Part shown: positions 27,407 through 36,554 of the stretch, in pieces
Numbering within the stretch: position 1 is the stretch's first letter
How the letters are laid out: the number at the start of each line of letters is the position of its first letter
Source: Candidatus Pacearchaeota archaeon
Lineage (GTDB): Archaea > Nanobdellota > Nanobdellia > Pacearchaeales > JAPDKA01
Assembly (NCBI GenBank): GCA_038817835.1
Contig: JAWAZI010000005.1
Span: 1-51,807 of the forward strand
Length of the DNA stretch: 51,807 nt
Direction: 5' to 3'
Made by a program: the position numbers and the translations under genes
Notes under the pieces: model-generated
What the model was told of the DNA's origin: nothing
The model's database searches: none
Seen by the model: the letters and a program-made list of their open reading frames with translations, nothing else

Positions 27407-27700
27407 TTACTTCTTTGCTAGTACTATGTCGATTGTACTTACATTTACTTTTTTTCCTTCTTTATTTTCAAATTCTTCACTGTCAATTTTTATATCTTTT
27501 ATATAAACTCCTTGCTCTTTCAAAAACCTCTTTGTTATTACTTCAGCAACATCTACAGCTCTACTTATAAATTTACCTCTTGCTTTTATTGTAACTTCTT
27601 TTGCATTTTGGTTTGTGAATTGCATCACAACACCAGTTACATAGTTCATAAATGGTTTGTTTCCTACAAAGATTACATGTTCATTTGTTTTTCCTACCAT
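27407..27700 (-). CDS. albA: Chromatin/RNA-binding protein Alba
   Basis: [36 protein letters not shown]. Confidence 0.96.
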   Translation of the reverse strand: MVGKTNEHVIFVGNKPFMNYVTGVVMQFTNQNAKEVTIKARGKFISRAVDVAEVITKRFLKEQGVYIKDIKIDSEEFENKEGKKVNVSTIDIVLAKK

Positions 27701-27706
27701 TTTAAC

Positions 27707-27919
27707 TTATTTTAAATTTAGTTTAGCATTACTAATTTTTTCTTTCTTTTTTATTCTTACTATATATCCTGCAATAGTATTTCTTAATTTTTTACTTAAT
27801 TTAATATTTTTATCTATTATTTCTTTATTTTTATTGAAATCTGTAGTAAATTCATCACCATAAGCCTTGATAAGCTGCATTGCTGTTTTTTTTACAAGCC
27901 CTGTTTTAATTCTACCCAT
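27707..27919 (-). CDS. rps17e: 30S ribosomal protein S17e
   Basis: MGRIKT...FTTDFNKNK...SKKLRNTIAGY. Confidence 0.96.
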   Translation of the reverse strand: MGRIKTGLVKKTAMQLIKAYGDEFTTDFNKNKEIIDKNIKLSKKLRNTIAGYIVRIKKKEKISNAKLNLK

Positions 27920-27989
27920 TTAAAATTTAAATAAAATATTTTTTAAACTTTATGATTAAAATTTTTAAAGGATTTTTAATAATTAAAAT

Positions 27990-29924
27990 ATGCTAATTTT
28001 ATTGTTCATATTTTTAGTTATTTTAATTAGCTTAATATTTGTTATATTTTTAATAGCTAGAATTATTAAATTTAGTACAGGAAAAAAAGAAATTCAAGAT
28101 ATATCTAATTTTATAAAAAAAGGAGCAATAACATTCCTTAATCAGCAATACTTAATTTTAATCCCATTTATAATTATTATTGCAATACTTCTTTCAATTT
28201 TAGATTATAAATTAGCCATTACTTTTATTTTTGGTGCTATATTTTCTATTATCGCTGGAAATATTGGAATGAGAATAGCAACTTCTGCAAATGGTAGAGC
28301 AGCAAATGCATGTAATAAAAATATTAGTGAAGGTTTTAAGATAGCTTTTTATGGCGGCTCTGTAATGGGTTTTTTTGTTGTTAGTTTAGGTTTATTTGGC
28401 ATAGCTATTTTTTATTTAATCTTTAAAGATCCAAATATACTTTATGGTTTTGGTTTTGGAGCAAGCAGTATAGCATTGTTTGCTAGAGTTGGCGGCGGCA
28501 TTTATACTAAAGCAGCAGATGTTGGTGCTGATTTAGTTGGAAAAGTTGAAGCAGGAATTCCTGAAGATGATCCAAGAAATCCAGCAGTAATTGCTGATAA
28601 TGTTGGAGATAATGTTGGAGATATTGCTGGTATGGGAGCAGATTTATTCGAGAGCTATGTAGATAGTATAATTGCTGCAATGGTTTTAGGAACTTTTATA
28701 AATATTAATGCTGTAATTTTTCCTTTATTACTTGCTTCAGCCGGCATAATAGCCAGTTTAATTGGTTTCTTTTTTGTTAGAGGAGATAATGTTAGTAAAG
28801 CAATGAATAAAGGTATTTTTGTTTCTGCTTTTATTTTCTTAATACTTTCTTTTATATTATCTTCTCTATATTTAAATACTAAAATATTTTATGCTATTAT
28901 TTCAGGATTAGTTGCAGGATTATTGATAGGACTATTAACAGAGTTTTATACTAGCTATAAATTTTGGCCAACAAGAAAAATTGCAAAAGCTTCTACAACT
29001 GGAGCTGGAACAAATTTAATTACAGGAATTAGTGTAGCTATGCAATCTATTTTGTGGCCAATAATATTTATTTCTTTAGCAATAATAATATCTTTTTTTA
29101 CTAATGGTTTATATGGAATTGCAATTTCTGCAGTTGGAATGCTTGCTACTTTAGCTATAACACTTGCTTCAGATTGTTATGGACCAATAGCTGATAACGC
29201 TGCGGGAATAGCTGAAATGGCAAAATTAGGAAAACAAGCTAGAACTAGAGCAGAATTTTTAGATGCAATTGGTAATACTACAGCAGCTATTGGAAAAGGT
29301 TTTGCAATAGGAAGCGCTGCTTTAACAGCATTAGCTTTGTTTGTTAGTTTTAGTAACATAGCTAATCTAAAAGCAATTGATATAAATAATCCATTAGTTG
29401 TTGTGGGTTTGTTTATAGGTTGCTTAATGCCATTCTTATTTTCTAGTTTTACTTTAAATGCAGTTAGTAATGCTGCTTTTAAAGTAGTTGAGGAAGTTAG
29501 AAAACAATGGAAAGATAAAGATATAAGGCTAGGCAAAAAGAAACCAGATTATAATAGATGTATTTCAATAACTACAAGAGCTGCACTAAAAAATATGATA
29601 ATTCCAAGTTTGTTAGCATTGATAGTTCCAATCATTATTGGATTTATTTTAGGTTTTGAATCTCTTGCAGGATTATTAGCTGGCTCAGTTGCTTCAAGTT
29701 TTGTTCTTGCAATTTTTATGGCAAATAGTGGTGGGGCATGGGATAATGCAAAAAAATACATTGAAGCAGGAAATTATGGAGGAAAAAATAGTGATGCTCA
29801 TAAAGCAGCAGTTATTGGAGATACCGTTGGTGATCCATTGAAAGATACAAGTGGACCAAGTTTAAATATATTAATAAAATTAATGAGTATTGTTAGCATA
29901 ATATTTGCTATTCTGGCTAAATAG
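27990..29924 (+). CDS. hppA: Membrane ion-translocating pyrophosphatase, K+-dependent, probably Na+-pumping
   Basis: [75 protein letters not shown]. Confidence 0.95.
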   Translation: MLILLFIFLVILISLIFVIFLIARIIKFSTGKKEIQDISNFIKKGAITFLNQQYLILIPFIIIIAILLSILDYKLAITFIFGAIFSIIAGNIGMRIATSANGRAANACNKNISEGFKIAFYGGSVMGFFVVSLGLFGIAIFYLIFKDPNILYGFGFGASSIALFARVGGGIYTKAADVGADLVGKVEAGIPEDDPRNPAVIADNVGDNVGDIAGMGADLFESYVDSIIAAMVLGTFININAVIFPLLLASAGIIASLIGFFFVRGDNVSKAMNKGIFVSAFIFLILSFILSSLYLNTKIFYAIISGLVAGLLIGLLTEFYTSYKFWPTRKIAKASTTGAGTNLITGISVAMQSILWPIIFISLAIIISFFTNGLYGIAISAVGMLATLAITLASDCYGPIADNAAGIAEMAKLGKQARTRAEFLDAIGNTTAAIGKGFAIGSAALTALALFVSFSNIANLKAIDINNPLVVVGLFIGCLMPFLFSSFTLNAVSNAAFKVVEEVRKQWKDKDIRLGKKKPDYNRCISITTRAALKNMIIPSLLALIVPIIIGFILGFESLAGLLAGSVASSFVLAIFMANSGGAWDNAKKYIEAGNYGGKNSDAHKAAVIGDTVGDPLKDTSGPSLNILIKLMSIVSIIFAILAK

Positions 29925-29984
29925 TTACTACTTTAAAATAATAATAAAAGAAAAATTTTTAAATTAAAATTTCTTTATATAATT

Positions 29985-30689
29985 ATGAGAAAATTATTAT
30001 TGCTTTATAGTTTGATATTTAATTTTATATTTAATAATTGGGATTCTAATTTTAATAGCAACTATAATATTTCAAAACAAAATTATAAATTAGAAAAAAA
30101 AGAAGAAAATTTGAAAATTAATTATTATTTTCCTGGAGATGAAAAAGTTATTTATAATGACGTAATCAATAATATTAAAAAAAATGAAAGAATAATTTTG
30201 CAAGATATTATAAAAAAAGAGAAAAAATTAGAAAAATATAAAAAAATAATAGATAAAACTTGCAAAGAAGAGTGGGAAAAATATCTGATACAATCTTTAA
30301 TTATGGTAGAAAGTGGTGGAAATGAAAAAGCAAAAAGTAAAAAGGGAGCAATAGGTTTAATGCAATTAATGCCATGCTTAATTGAAAAATATAAAATTAA
30401 TTTAAATAAAGCTTATGATCCAAAAATAAATATTAATATAGGTTATCAAGAGCTAATAAATTTAATTGATAAATATGGAAATCTTTATTTAGCATTAAGT
30501 GCTTATAATTGTGGAGAAAATAAATTAAAAAAAATTATAAAAAAATACGGAAAAGATTGGGATGTTATAAAATATAAATTACCTAAACAAACTTATGCTT
30601 ATGTTGTAAAAGTATTAAGTAGATATTATCTTAAATATAATAATAATTTAAAATATGTTTTAGATTCTATTAACTTAAAAATTTATTAA
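29985..30689 (+). CDS. Lytic transglycosylase (SLT domain) with N-terminal signal/anchor
   Basis: IMVESGG (catalytic Glu), SKKGAIGLMQLMP, NINIGYQEL, LALSAYNCGE, LPKQTYAYVVKV. Confidence 0.9.
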   Translation: MRKLLLLYSLIFNFIFNNWDSNFNSNYNISKQNYKLEKKEENLKINYYFPGDEKVIYNDVINNIKKNERIILQDIIKKEKKLEKYKKIIDKTCKEEWEKYLIQSLIMVESGGNEKAKSKKGAIGLMQLMPCLIEKYKINLNKAYDPKININIGYQELINLIDKYGNLYLALSAYNCGENKLKKIIKKYGKDWDVIKYKLPKQTYAYVVKVLSRYYLKYNNNLKYVLDSINLKIY

Positions 30690-30744
30690 AAAAATTTTTA
30701 AATTCTATAATTTTTAAATTTTATTTAAATTTAAATTTATAAAA

Positions 30745-31146
30745 ATGGATAAACAAACAGCAAAAACTTTAGTTTTAGTAATAGCTATACTATATTTTAT
30801 ATTTGCACTAATATCATTAATTGCAGCAATTGTATTTTTTTTAGGAGGAAAGTTTGTTGCATCTTTGATACCTATACCTGGAGGAAAAGCATTGATAGGA
30901 GCTATATCAATAATTTTAGGGATAGTATTTTTAATTGGTGCAGCAATTGATTTATTTGTAGGAATTGGTTTATTAAGATATAACAATGTTGCAAGAATAG
31001 TAGCAATAGTATTTAGTGTTTTAGGCATAATAATGGCAATACCATCAGTAATTTATGGAATTGGAATAATTTCACTGATAATAAATGGAGGGATATTTTA
31101 TTTATTGACATTCCAAAAAGAAGTTGTAGATTTGTTTAGAAAATAA
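30745..31146 (+). CDS. Small 4-TM membrane protein of unknown function
   Basis: Four hydrophobic segments; GIGLLRYNNVARIVAI. Confidence 0.75.
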   Translation: MDKQTAKTLVLVIAILYFIFALISLIAAIVFFLGGKFVASLIPIPGGKALIGAISIILGIVFLIGAAIDLFVGIGLLRYNNVARIVAIVFSVLGIIMAIPSVIYGIGIISLIINGGIFYLLTFQKEVVDLFRK

Positions 31147-31195
31147 TTTCTTTTTTATTTTTAAAAAATTTTAAATTTTTATTTTATTATTTTTT

Positions 31196-32380
31196 ATGCA
31201 ACTTAAGCATTTTCCATTTAGATATTTAAAAATTCCAAAAGAATATAAAAATTTACCAAAATCAATAAAAATAGCATCACTAATTTTTTTTATTTATAAT
31301 CTTGGTTGGGGTATTGTTACAGCTTATTATGCTATTTATCTAAAAAATGTTTTAGGTAGTTATTATAATATTGGTTATATTATAGGAGTTTATCATCTTA
31401 CTTGCATTATAACAAGTTTTGTATTTAGTGTTTTACTTGATAAAATTAATAAGAGAAAAATTATAAGGTTAATTTTGATTTTTTATTTTCCATTTAGTTA
31501 TATATTCTTAAAAATTTCTACATTAATTATGTTTTTATTTTTTGTTATATATCATGGTTTTATTGCAACTGCTCTTTGGATTTCAGGAGAAGCTTATATA
31601 AGAAAACATTCACCAAAAAATAGAGCAATTGAGAGCATTGCTTATTTTGATTTATCTTATTTTATTTCTTTAATTATAGGTTGTTTTTTAGGAGTATTTT
31701 TAATTAGTATCTATAAATTTAATATTTTTTATTCTATATCATTTTTTGCATTTATTGCATTTTTATTTACTATCTTTCTTCCAGATAAAGAAAAAACTTT
31801 TGTTAACATAAATATATTTAAAGAAATTAAAAAAGAAATTAAAAATATAAAAAATAATAAAAGGTTAAAACAATTAGGATTTATCTTATTTTTATTTATA
31901 TTTATTCAAGGAATAGCAGGTTTAATAATTCCTTTATTTTTAAATGAGATGAAAGTAGAACTTTATCAAATCGGAATTATAGTAGCTATAAGTTATTTAC
32001 CTTTTTTATGTGAAGGATTTTTTGCTTTATTAAAAAAAAGAAAACAAGTTGTTATGACTGCAATATTTTCTTTATTTTTATTTTTTTCACTATTATTTTT
32101 TATAAAAAATATATTTATAATTTTCATAATAAATTTGTTAATATCAATTTGTTTTTCTGCAATTATGCCAATTCTTGCAGGAAATCTTACAGAAGCGATG
32201 CCAAAAGAAAGAATGGGGGAGCTAAGTGGATTTGTATTTGTTGTTAGGAATATAGGATTTGGAGTTTCAGGATTAGTTAGTGGATTTATAGCTTCTTCTC
32301 TTGGATTAAATTTTAATTTTGCTTTTTCTGCGTTAGTTAGTATTGTTCTTTTGTATTTATCATCTAAAACAAAATTTTAA
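31196..32380 (+). CDS. Major facilitator superfamily transporter
   Basis: 394 aa, about 12 TM; LLDKINKRK (motif A-like); PKNRA and PKERMGE loops. Confidence 0.88.
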   Translation: MQLKHFPFRYLKIPKEYKNLPKSIKIASLIFFIYNLGWGIVTAYYAIYLKNVLGSYYNIGYIIGVYHLTCIITSFVFSVLLDKINKRKIIRLILIFYFPFSYIFLKISTLIMFLFFVIYHGFIATALWISGEAYIRKHSPKNRAIESIAYFDLSYFISLIIGCFLGVFLISIYKFNIFYSISFFAFIAFLFTIFLPDKEKTFVNINIFKEIKKEIKNIKNNKRLKQLGFILFLFIFIQGIAGLIIPLFLNEMKVELYQIGIIVAISYLPFLCEGFFALLKKRKQVVMTAIFSLFLFFSLLFFIKNIFIIFIINLLISICFSAIMPILAGNLTEAMPKERMGELSGFVFVVRNIGFGVSGLVSGFIASSLGLNFNFAFSALVSIVLLYLSSKTKF

Positions 32381-32404
32381 AATTTTCAAAATTTTTAATA
32401 TTGA

Positions 32405-32821
32405 ATGTCATATAAATTTTTAGAACATACTGCAGATGCTTTATTTGAAGTTAATGCTAAAAATATAGAGAAAATATTTATTGATGCTGCTAAAGCTTTA
32501 ACAGAAATTCAAGTTAATATAAAAAAAGTTAAAAGAAAGGAAAAATATGAAATAAATATTAAAGATAAAGATATAGAGCAATTATTATTTAATTGGTTAT
32601 CTGAGTTGATATTTGTTAAAGATACAAAACAATTAATATTTAGTAAATTTGATGTAAAAATAGAGAAAAATGATTATTATATTTTAAAAGCAATTTGTTA
32701 TGGAGAAAAAATAAACCCAAAACAAGAACCAAAAGCTGATGCAAAAGCAATAACAATGCATGAATTTAAATTATGGAAAGAAAATTCTATATGGAAGGCA
32801 AGAGTTTTGGTTGATATTTAA
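32405..32821 (+). CDS. Archease (RtcB cofactor)
   Basis: YKFLEHTAD, LLFNWLSEL, AKAITMH, VLVDI. Confidence 0.95.
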   Translation: MSYKFLEHTADALFEVNAKNIEKIFIDAAKALTEIQVNIKKVKRKEKYEINIKDKDIEQLLFNWLSELIFVKDTKQLIFSKFDVKIEKNDYYILKAICYGEKINPKQEPKADAKAITMHEFKLWKENSIWKARVLVDI

Positions 32822-33555
32822 ATTGTTTTTTTTATTAGTTCTTGCATATCACTTATGAATATATCTGCTTTTTTTATAATTTCATCTAATAGTTTGCCAT
32901 CTATTTCTTTTATTTCATTATGTTCAAATTTTTTATAAGTTTCATAAATTAATTTAAAAGCATCTAATGTTTTTTTACTTATTAATCTCTTTTTAAAAAA
33001 TTGTTTTTCTAACAAATTTGGAATTTGTTTTGGGACAATAAAATATATATTTTTTGCAATTAATGCAGCTTCTGCGGCATCTATTACTGCACTATATATC
33101 ATTGATAAAACCTCTATTTTTATATTTTTTATTTCTATATTATTTATTCTAACTTGATTCATAAGTTTAAATAATGCTTCTTTTGTTCCTCTTATTTCAC
33201 CTTTATCAATAAGTTTTTTTATAGGTTTTAAGAAATTTGATGGATCATATAAACATTTAGCTTTTTTTATTTCTAAGAAAACATCAATTTTATTTTCTAA
33301 AATTTCATCATAGTATTCTGTTATTGGTTTTATAATAATATGTATTGGTTTTTTTGCTTCTTTTTTTATTTTTATACAAATTTTAGTTAAATAATCTTTT
33401 ATTTTTTCTATTTTTTCTTTTTTTGTTTTTAGATCATCAACCAAAACAACGAATAAATCTTCTCCTTCTATACTTAAAAGCCATATGGCCTTTATTTCTT
33501 TTTTATATTTTTTTAATATTAATTCTTTAAAGTTTTCTATAACTTTTTCTTTCAT
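32818..33555 (-). CDS. Degenerate minimal nucleotidyltransferase (MNT)-like + HEPN-like domain protein
   Basis: IKAIWLL..DLFVVLVDD lacks GS and DxD; LYDPSNF hinge; YSAVIDAAEAALIAK...YKKFEH HEPN-like helices. Confidence 0.6.
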   Translation of the reverse strand: MKEKVIENFKELILKKYKKEIKAIWLLSIEGEDLFVVLVDDLKTKKEKIEKIKDYLTKICIKIKKEAKKPIHIIIKPITEYYDEILENKIDVFLEIKKAKCLYDPSNFLKPIKKLIDKGEIRGTKEALFKLMNQVRINNIEIKNIKIEVLSMIYSAVIDAAEAALIAKNIYFIVPKQIPNLLEKQFFKKRLISKKTLDAFKLIYETYKKFEHNEIKEIDGKLLDEIIKKADIFISDMQELIKKTI

Positions 33556-34592
33556 TTTTTTTGTAAAATTTCATTTATTGCTGCTTCAAGCATTTTTATA
33601 TAAATTTTATCTATCTCTTCTTCTATTTCTTTTTTTTCTTTTACTAATTTATACATTTTTTTTATAATTTCATAATGTTGTCTCTCAATTAAATTTGTAT
33701 CTACAAAATATTTTTTAAAAAGTTCTATTTTTTCTTTTTCATCTTTTGGTATTTCTTTTATTTTTAGAGATAATGCAGAATCACATAATTTTATAATGTA
33801 ATCATAACTTTCTTTTATTTCTTTTTCTCTAATTTTTTTCTCTAATTTTATTATTATATCCTCACTTACTCTTATATAATAGGATACTCTTTTACTCCAT
33901 AAATCTATCTCGCTTGCTTTAAACTCACTCATAGTACCTTTTGCAATTTTTTCATTTATTTTAATTAGTTCATCATACCATTCAATAAATATATCACTGA
34001 TTCCCAATTCATTTTTATTTTTTATTAGCATATCTCTAGTTTCATTTGCAGAAACTGTATAAATTGAGAGAAAACTTAGCATAATTTGACTTGCAGTTGT
34101 CATGGTATTTAATAATAACCATGCAGCTTTAGCTAATTCATTTCTTACAGAAATAAATCTTTCAACAGCCCTTGTTATTAATTTTTCTACTTTTAGATCT
34201 ATAGAGTATAGTTTACTTTTCCTTAATAATTTTTTTATTGTTTTTATAAATTCTGTATTATCATAAAGAATAATACTATCTTTTAAAGCAGATATGGCCC
34301 ATGGTTCACCTTCTTTAATTAATTTCCACCATAAACTTATCGGTTTTGGTGGTTGGAAATGTAATATCAATTCTTCTTTTTTTGCTTTTGTAGTTATTAA
34401 TTCTTGGAAAAAATTTATTTTTTCTAATTCAGGATTTTCTAGGCTATCATCATAAATAACTAATATATCAATATCATGTCCTTTTTGTATTCCTTTTCTT
34501 ACAGAACTTCCATAAATAAAAATTGATCTAACACTATTAATCTTTTTTAATGGAGCTACTAAATTGTCGATTTTTTGTTTTAATTCTTGCAT
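33552..34592 (-). CDS. Pol beta-family minimal nucleotidyltransferase + HEPN-like domain(s)
   Basis: FIYGSSVR..HDIDILVIYDD intact MNT motif; LYDNTEF hinge; two helical HEPN-like segments without a clear Rx4-6H. Confidence 0.75.
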   Translation of the reverse strand: MQELKQKIDNLVAPLKKINSVRSIFIYGSSVRKGIQKGHDIDILVIYDDSLENPELEKINFFQELITTKAKKEELILHFQPPKPISLWWKLIKEGEPWAISALKDSIILYDNTEFIKTIKKLLRKSKLYSIDLKVEKLITRAVERFISVRNELAKAAWLLLNTMTTASQIMLSFLSIYTVSANETRDMLIKNKNELGISDIFIEWYDELIKINEKIAKGTMSEFKASEIDLWSKRVSYYIRVSEDIIIKLEKKIREKEIKESYDYIIKLCDSALSLKIKEIPKDEKEKIELFKKYFVDTNLIERQHYEIIKKMYKLVKEKKEIEEEIDKIYIKMLEAAINEILQKK

Positions 34593-34823
34593 TAATTTTT
34601 TAATTTTTATCTTATTTAAATTTTTTGAAAAATTTTTTATTTTTTTAAGTTAATAAATTTAAGTTAATAAGTTAATTATAAATATAAAATATAAATTAAT
34701 AAAATTCAGGCTATAGCAATCACGAAATAACTTGAGAATTTATCTATTCCTACTTTAATTTTTTATTCTTATTTTATTTAAATTTCAAACTTAACTTTTT
34801 AAATTTAAAAAATTTTATTTATA

Positions 34824-36524
34824 ATGGCTATTGAATTTTCTTTTTTAAATTTGACACAGACTCAATCAATTTTGATAACAATTTCTTTAATTATAATTGT
34901 CTCAGCAATTTTATCATATATATCATATTTGTTGAGACAAAATTTAATTATAGCTTATATTTTAACTGGTATTATTCTAGGCCCTTTAGTTTTTGGTTTA
35001 ATTAAAGATAAAATCTTAATTAATGGACTTGCCGAGATTGGTATAACTTTTTTATTATTTATTGCAGGATTAGAGTTTAGTATTAAAAAATTAAAGGAAA
35101 TTGCTAAAACTTCTATTATAACTGGATTAATTCAAGTAATTGGAGTTAGTATTTTAACTTTTTTTGTTTTATTTTTATTTGGTTTTAATAAAATTGAAGC
35201 AATTCTTTTGGGATTTATAATTTCATTTAGTTCTACAGTTGTTGTAATTAAAATACTTTCAGATAAAAATGAGTTGGATAGTTTACAAGGAAAGATAGTA
35301 GTTGGTATCATGCTAGTTCAAGATATTATAGCTTTAATTATTTTAGGAATTTTATCTAAAAATATTTCATCAATTTTTATAAATTTTGTAAAATTAATTT
35401 TTATTTCTTTATTTGCTCTTTTTATTAATATTATAACAAAACCAATAATAAAAAAATCTTCTTCTTCATCAGAGCTTTTATTTGTTATTTCATTAGCTTT
35501 TCTTTTTTTATTTGTTTCAATTACTTATTTTTTAGAATTATCAATAGGAATAGGTGCTTTTTTAGCTGGGATAATTTTAGCAAATACTCCTTACAAAATT
35601 GATATTGCAACAAAAATAAAATATTTGAGAGATTTTTTTTCAATTATTTTCTTTGTTTTTATAGGTTTATGGTTGACAAATATATCTAAAAATATTTTAA
35701 TTTTGACAATTCCAATATTTTTTATTTTATTATTTTTTGAGCCTATATTAACAGCTATAATTTTAAGGTTTAATGGATATAAAATTAATAGTTCACTTGA
35801 TATAGGTTTTTCTTTTGCTCAAATTAGCGAGTTTAGTTTAATAATTATTTTATATTCTTTAAATTTAGGTATAGTTTCACAAAAATCTTTTGAGTTAATA
35901 ATTTTAATTGCAGTTATCTCAATTGCTTTAACCCCATATACTATGAAACTTTCAAAATTATTCTATAAGCCATTTAAAATTTTTGATGAGCTGAAGATAC
36001 CATTTGTTGAAGATATTGGATATTTAACTAAAGGTAAGAAAACAGTATTAATTATAGGTTGTCATAGGATGGGATCAATTTATGTTAAAGAATTAGAGAA
36101 AATAAAAGATAGATTAATTGTTATAGACTTTAATCCAGATATAATTAAAGCATTAGAAAGAAAAAATATCTCTGCAGTTTATGGTGACGTTTCTAATATA
36201 GAAATATTCGAAAAACCACAATTAAAGAATCAATTATTAAATTTACGTGTTGTTATATCTACAATACCAATAAAAGAAATAAATGAAAAAATTATTGAAT
36301 ACTTTAAAAAATTAAATAAAAATATTTTCATAGCTGTAACTTCCAATAGAATAGATGATTCTCTTGAACTTTATGATAAAGGAGCAGATTTTGTTATAAT
36401 GCCTTTAGTGATGTCAGCAATGCATAGTATTGATATGATAAAAAAATTAACTAAAAAACAATTTAAAAAATTAAAGAAAGAGCAAATAGAAATTTTAAAA
36501 GAAATACATAAAATTCTATATTAA
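34824..36524 (+). CDS. CPA2 cation:proton antiporter with C-terminal RCK/TrkA-N domain (Kef-like)
   Basis: FSSTVVVIKIL, LVQD, LGAF-like IGAFLAG, QISEFS; IIGCHRMG, VIDFNP, YGD. Confidence 0.92.
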   Translation: MAIEFSFLNLTQTQSILITISLIIIVSAILSYISYLLRQNLIIAYILTGIILGPLVFGLIKDKILINGLAEIGITFLLFIAGLEFSIKKLKEIAKTSIITGLIQVIGVSILTFFVLFLFGFNKIEAILLGFIISFSSTVVVIKILSDKNELDSLQGKIVVGIMLVQDIIALIILGILSKNISSIFINFVKLIFISLFALFINIITKPIIKKSSSSSELLFVISLAFLFLFVSITYFLELSIGIGAFLAGIILANTPYKIDIATKIKYLRDFFSIIFFVFIGLWLTNISKNILILTIPIFFILLFFEPILTAIILRFNGYKINSSLDIGFSFAQISEFSLIIILYSLNLGIVSQKSFELIILIAVISIALTPYTMKLSKLFYKPFKIFDELKIPFVEDIGYLTKGKKTVLIIGCHRMGSIYVKELEKIKDRLIVIDFNPDIIKALERKNISAVYGDVSNIEIFEKPQLKNQLLNLRVVISTIPIKEINEKIIEYFKKLNKNIFIAVTSNRIDDSLELYDKGADFVIMPLVMSAMHSIDMIKKLTKKQFKKLKKEQIEILKEIHKILY

Positions 36525-36554
36525 AATTTAAAAATAATTTTTATATTTTTTAGT

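Noticed and set aside
32818-34592. MNT-HEPN pair as the CCA-adding enzyme (tRNAs here lack encoded CCA)
   Set aside because: Architecture does not match the roughly 440-aa class I archaeal CCA enzyme; worth revisiting only if the genome lacks cca
34700-34760. Box C/D sRNA on the minus strand (GTGATTG...CTGA)
   Set aside because: Only about 7 nt between the C'-like and D-like boxes and no proper RUGAUGA box C
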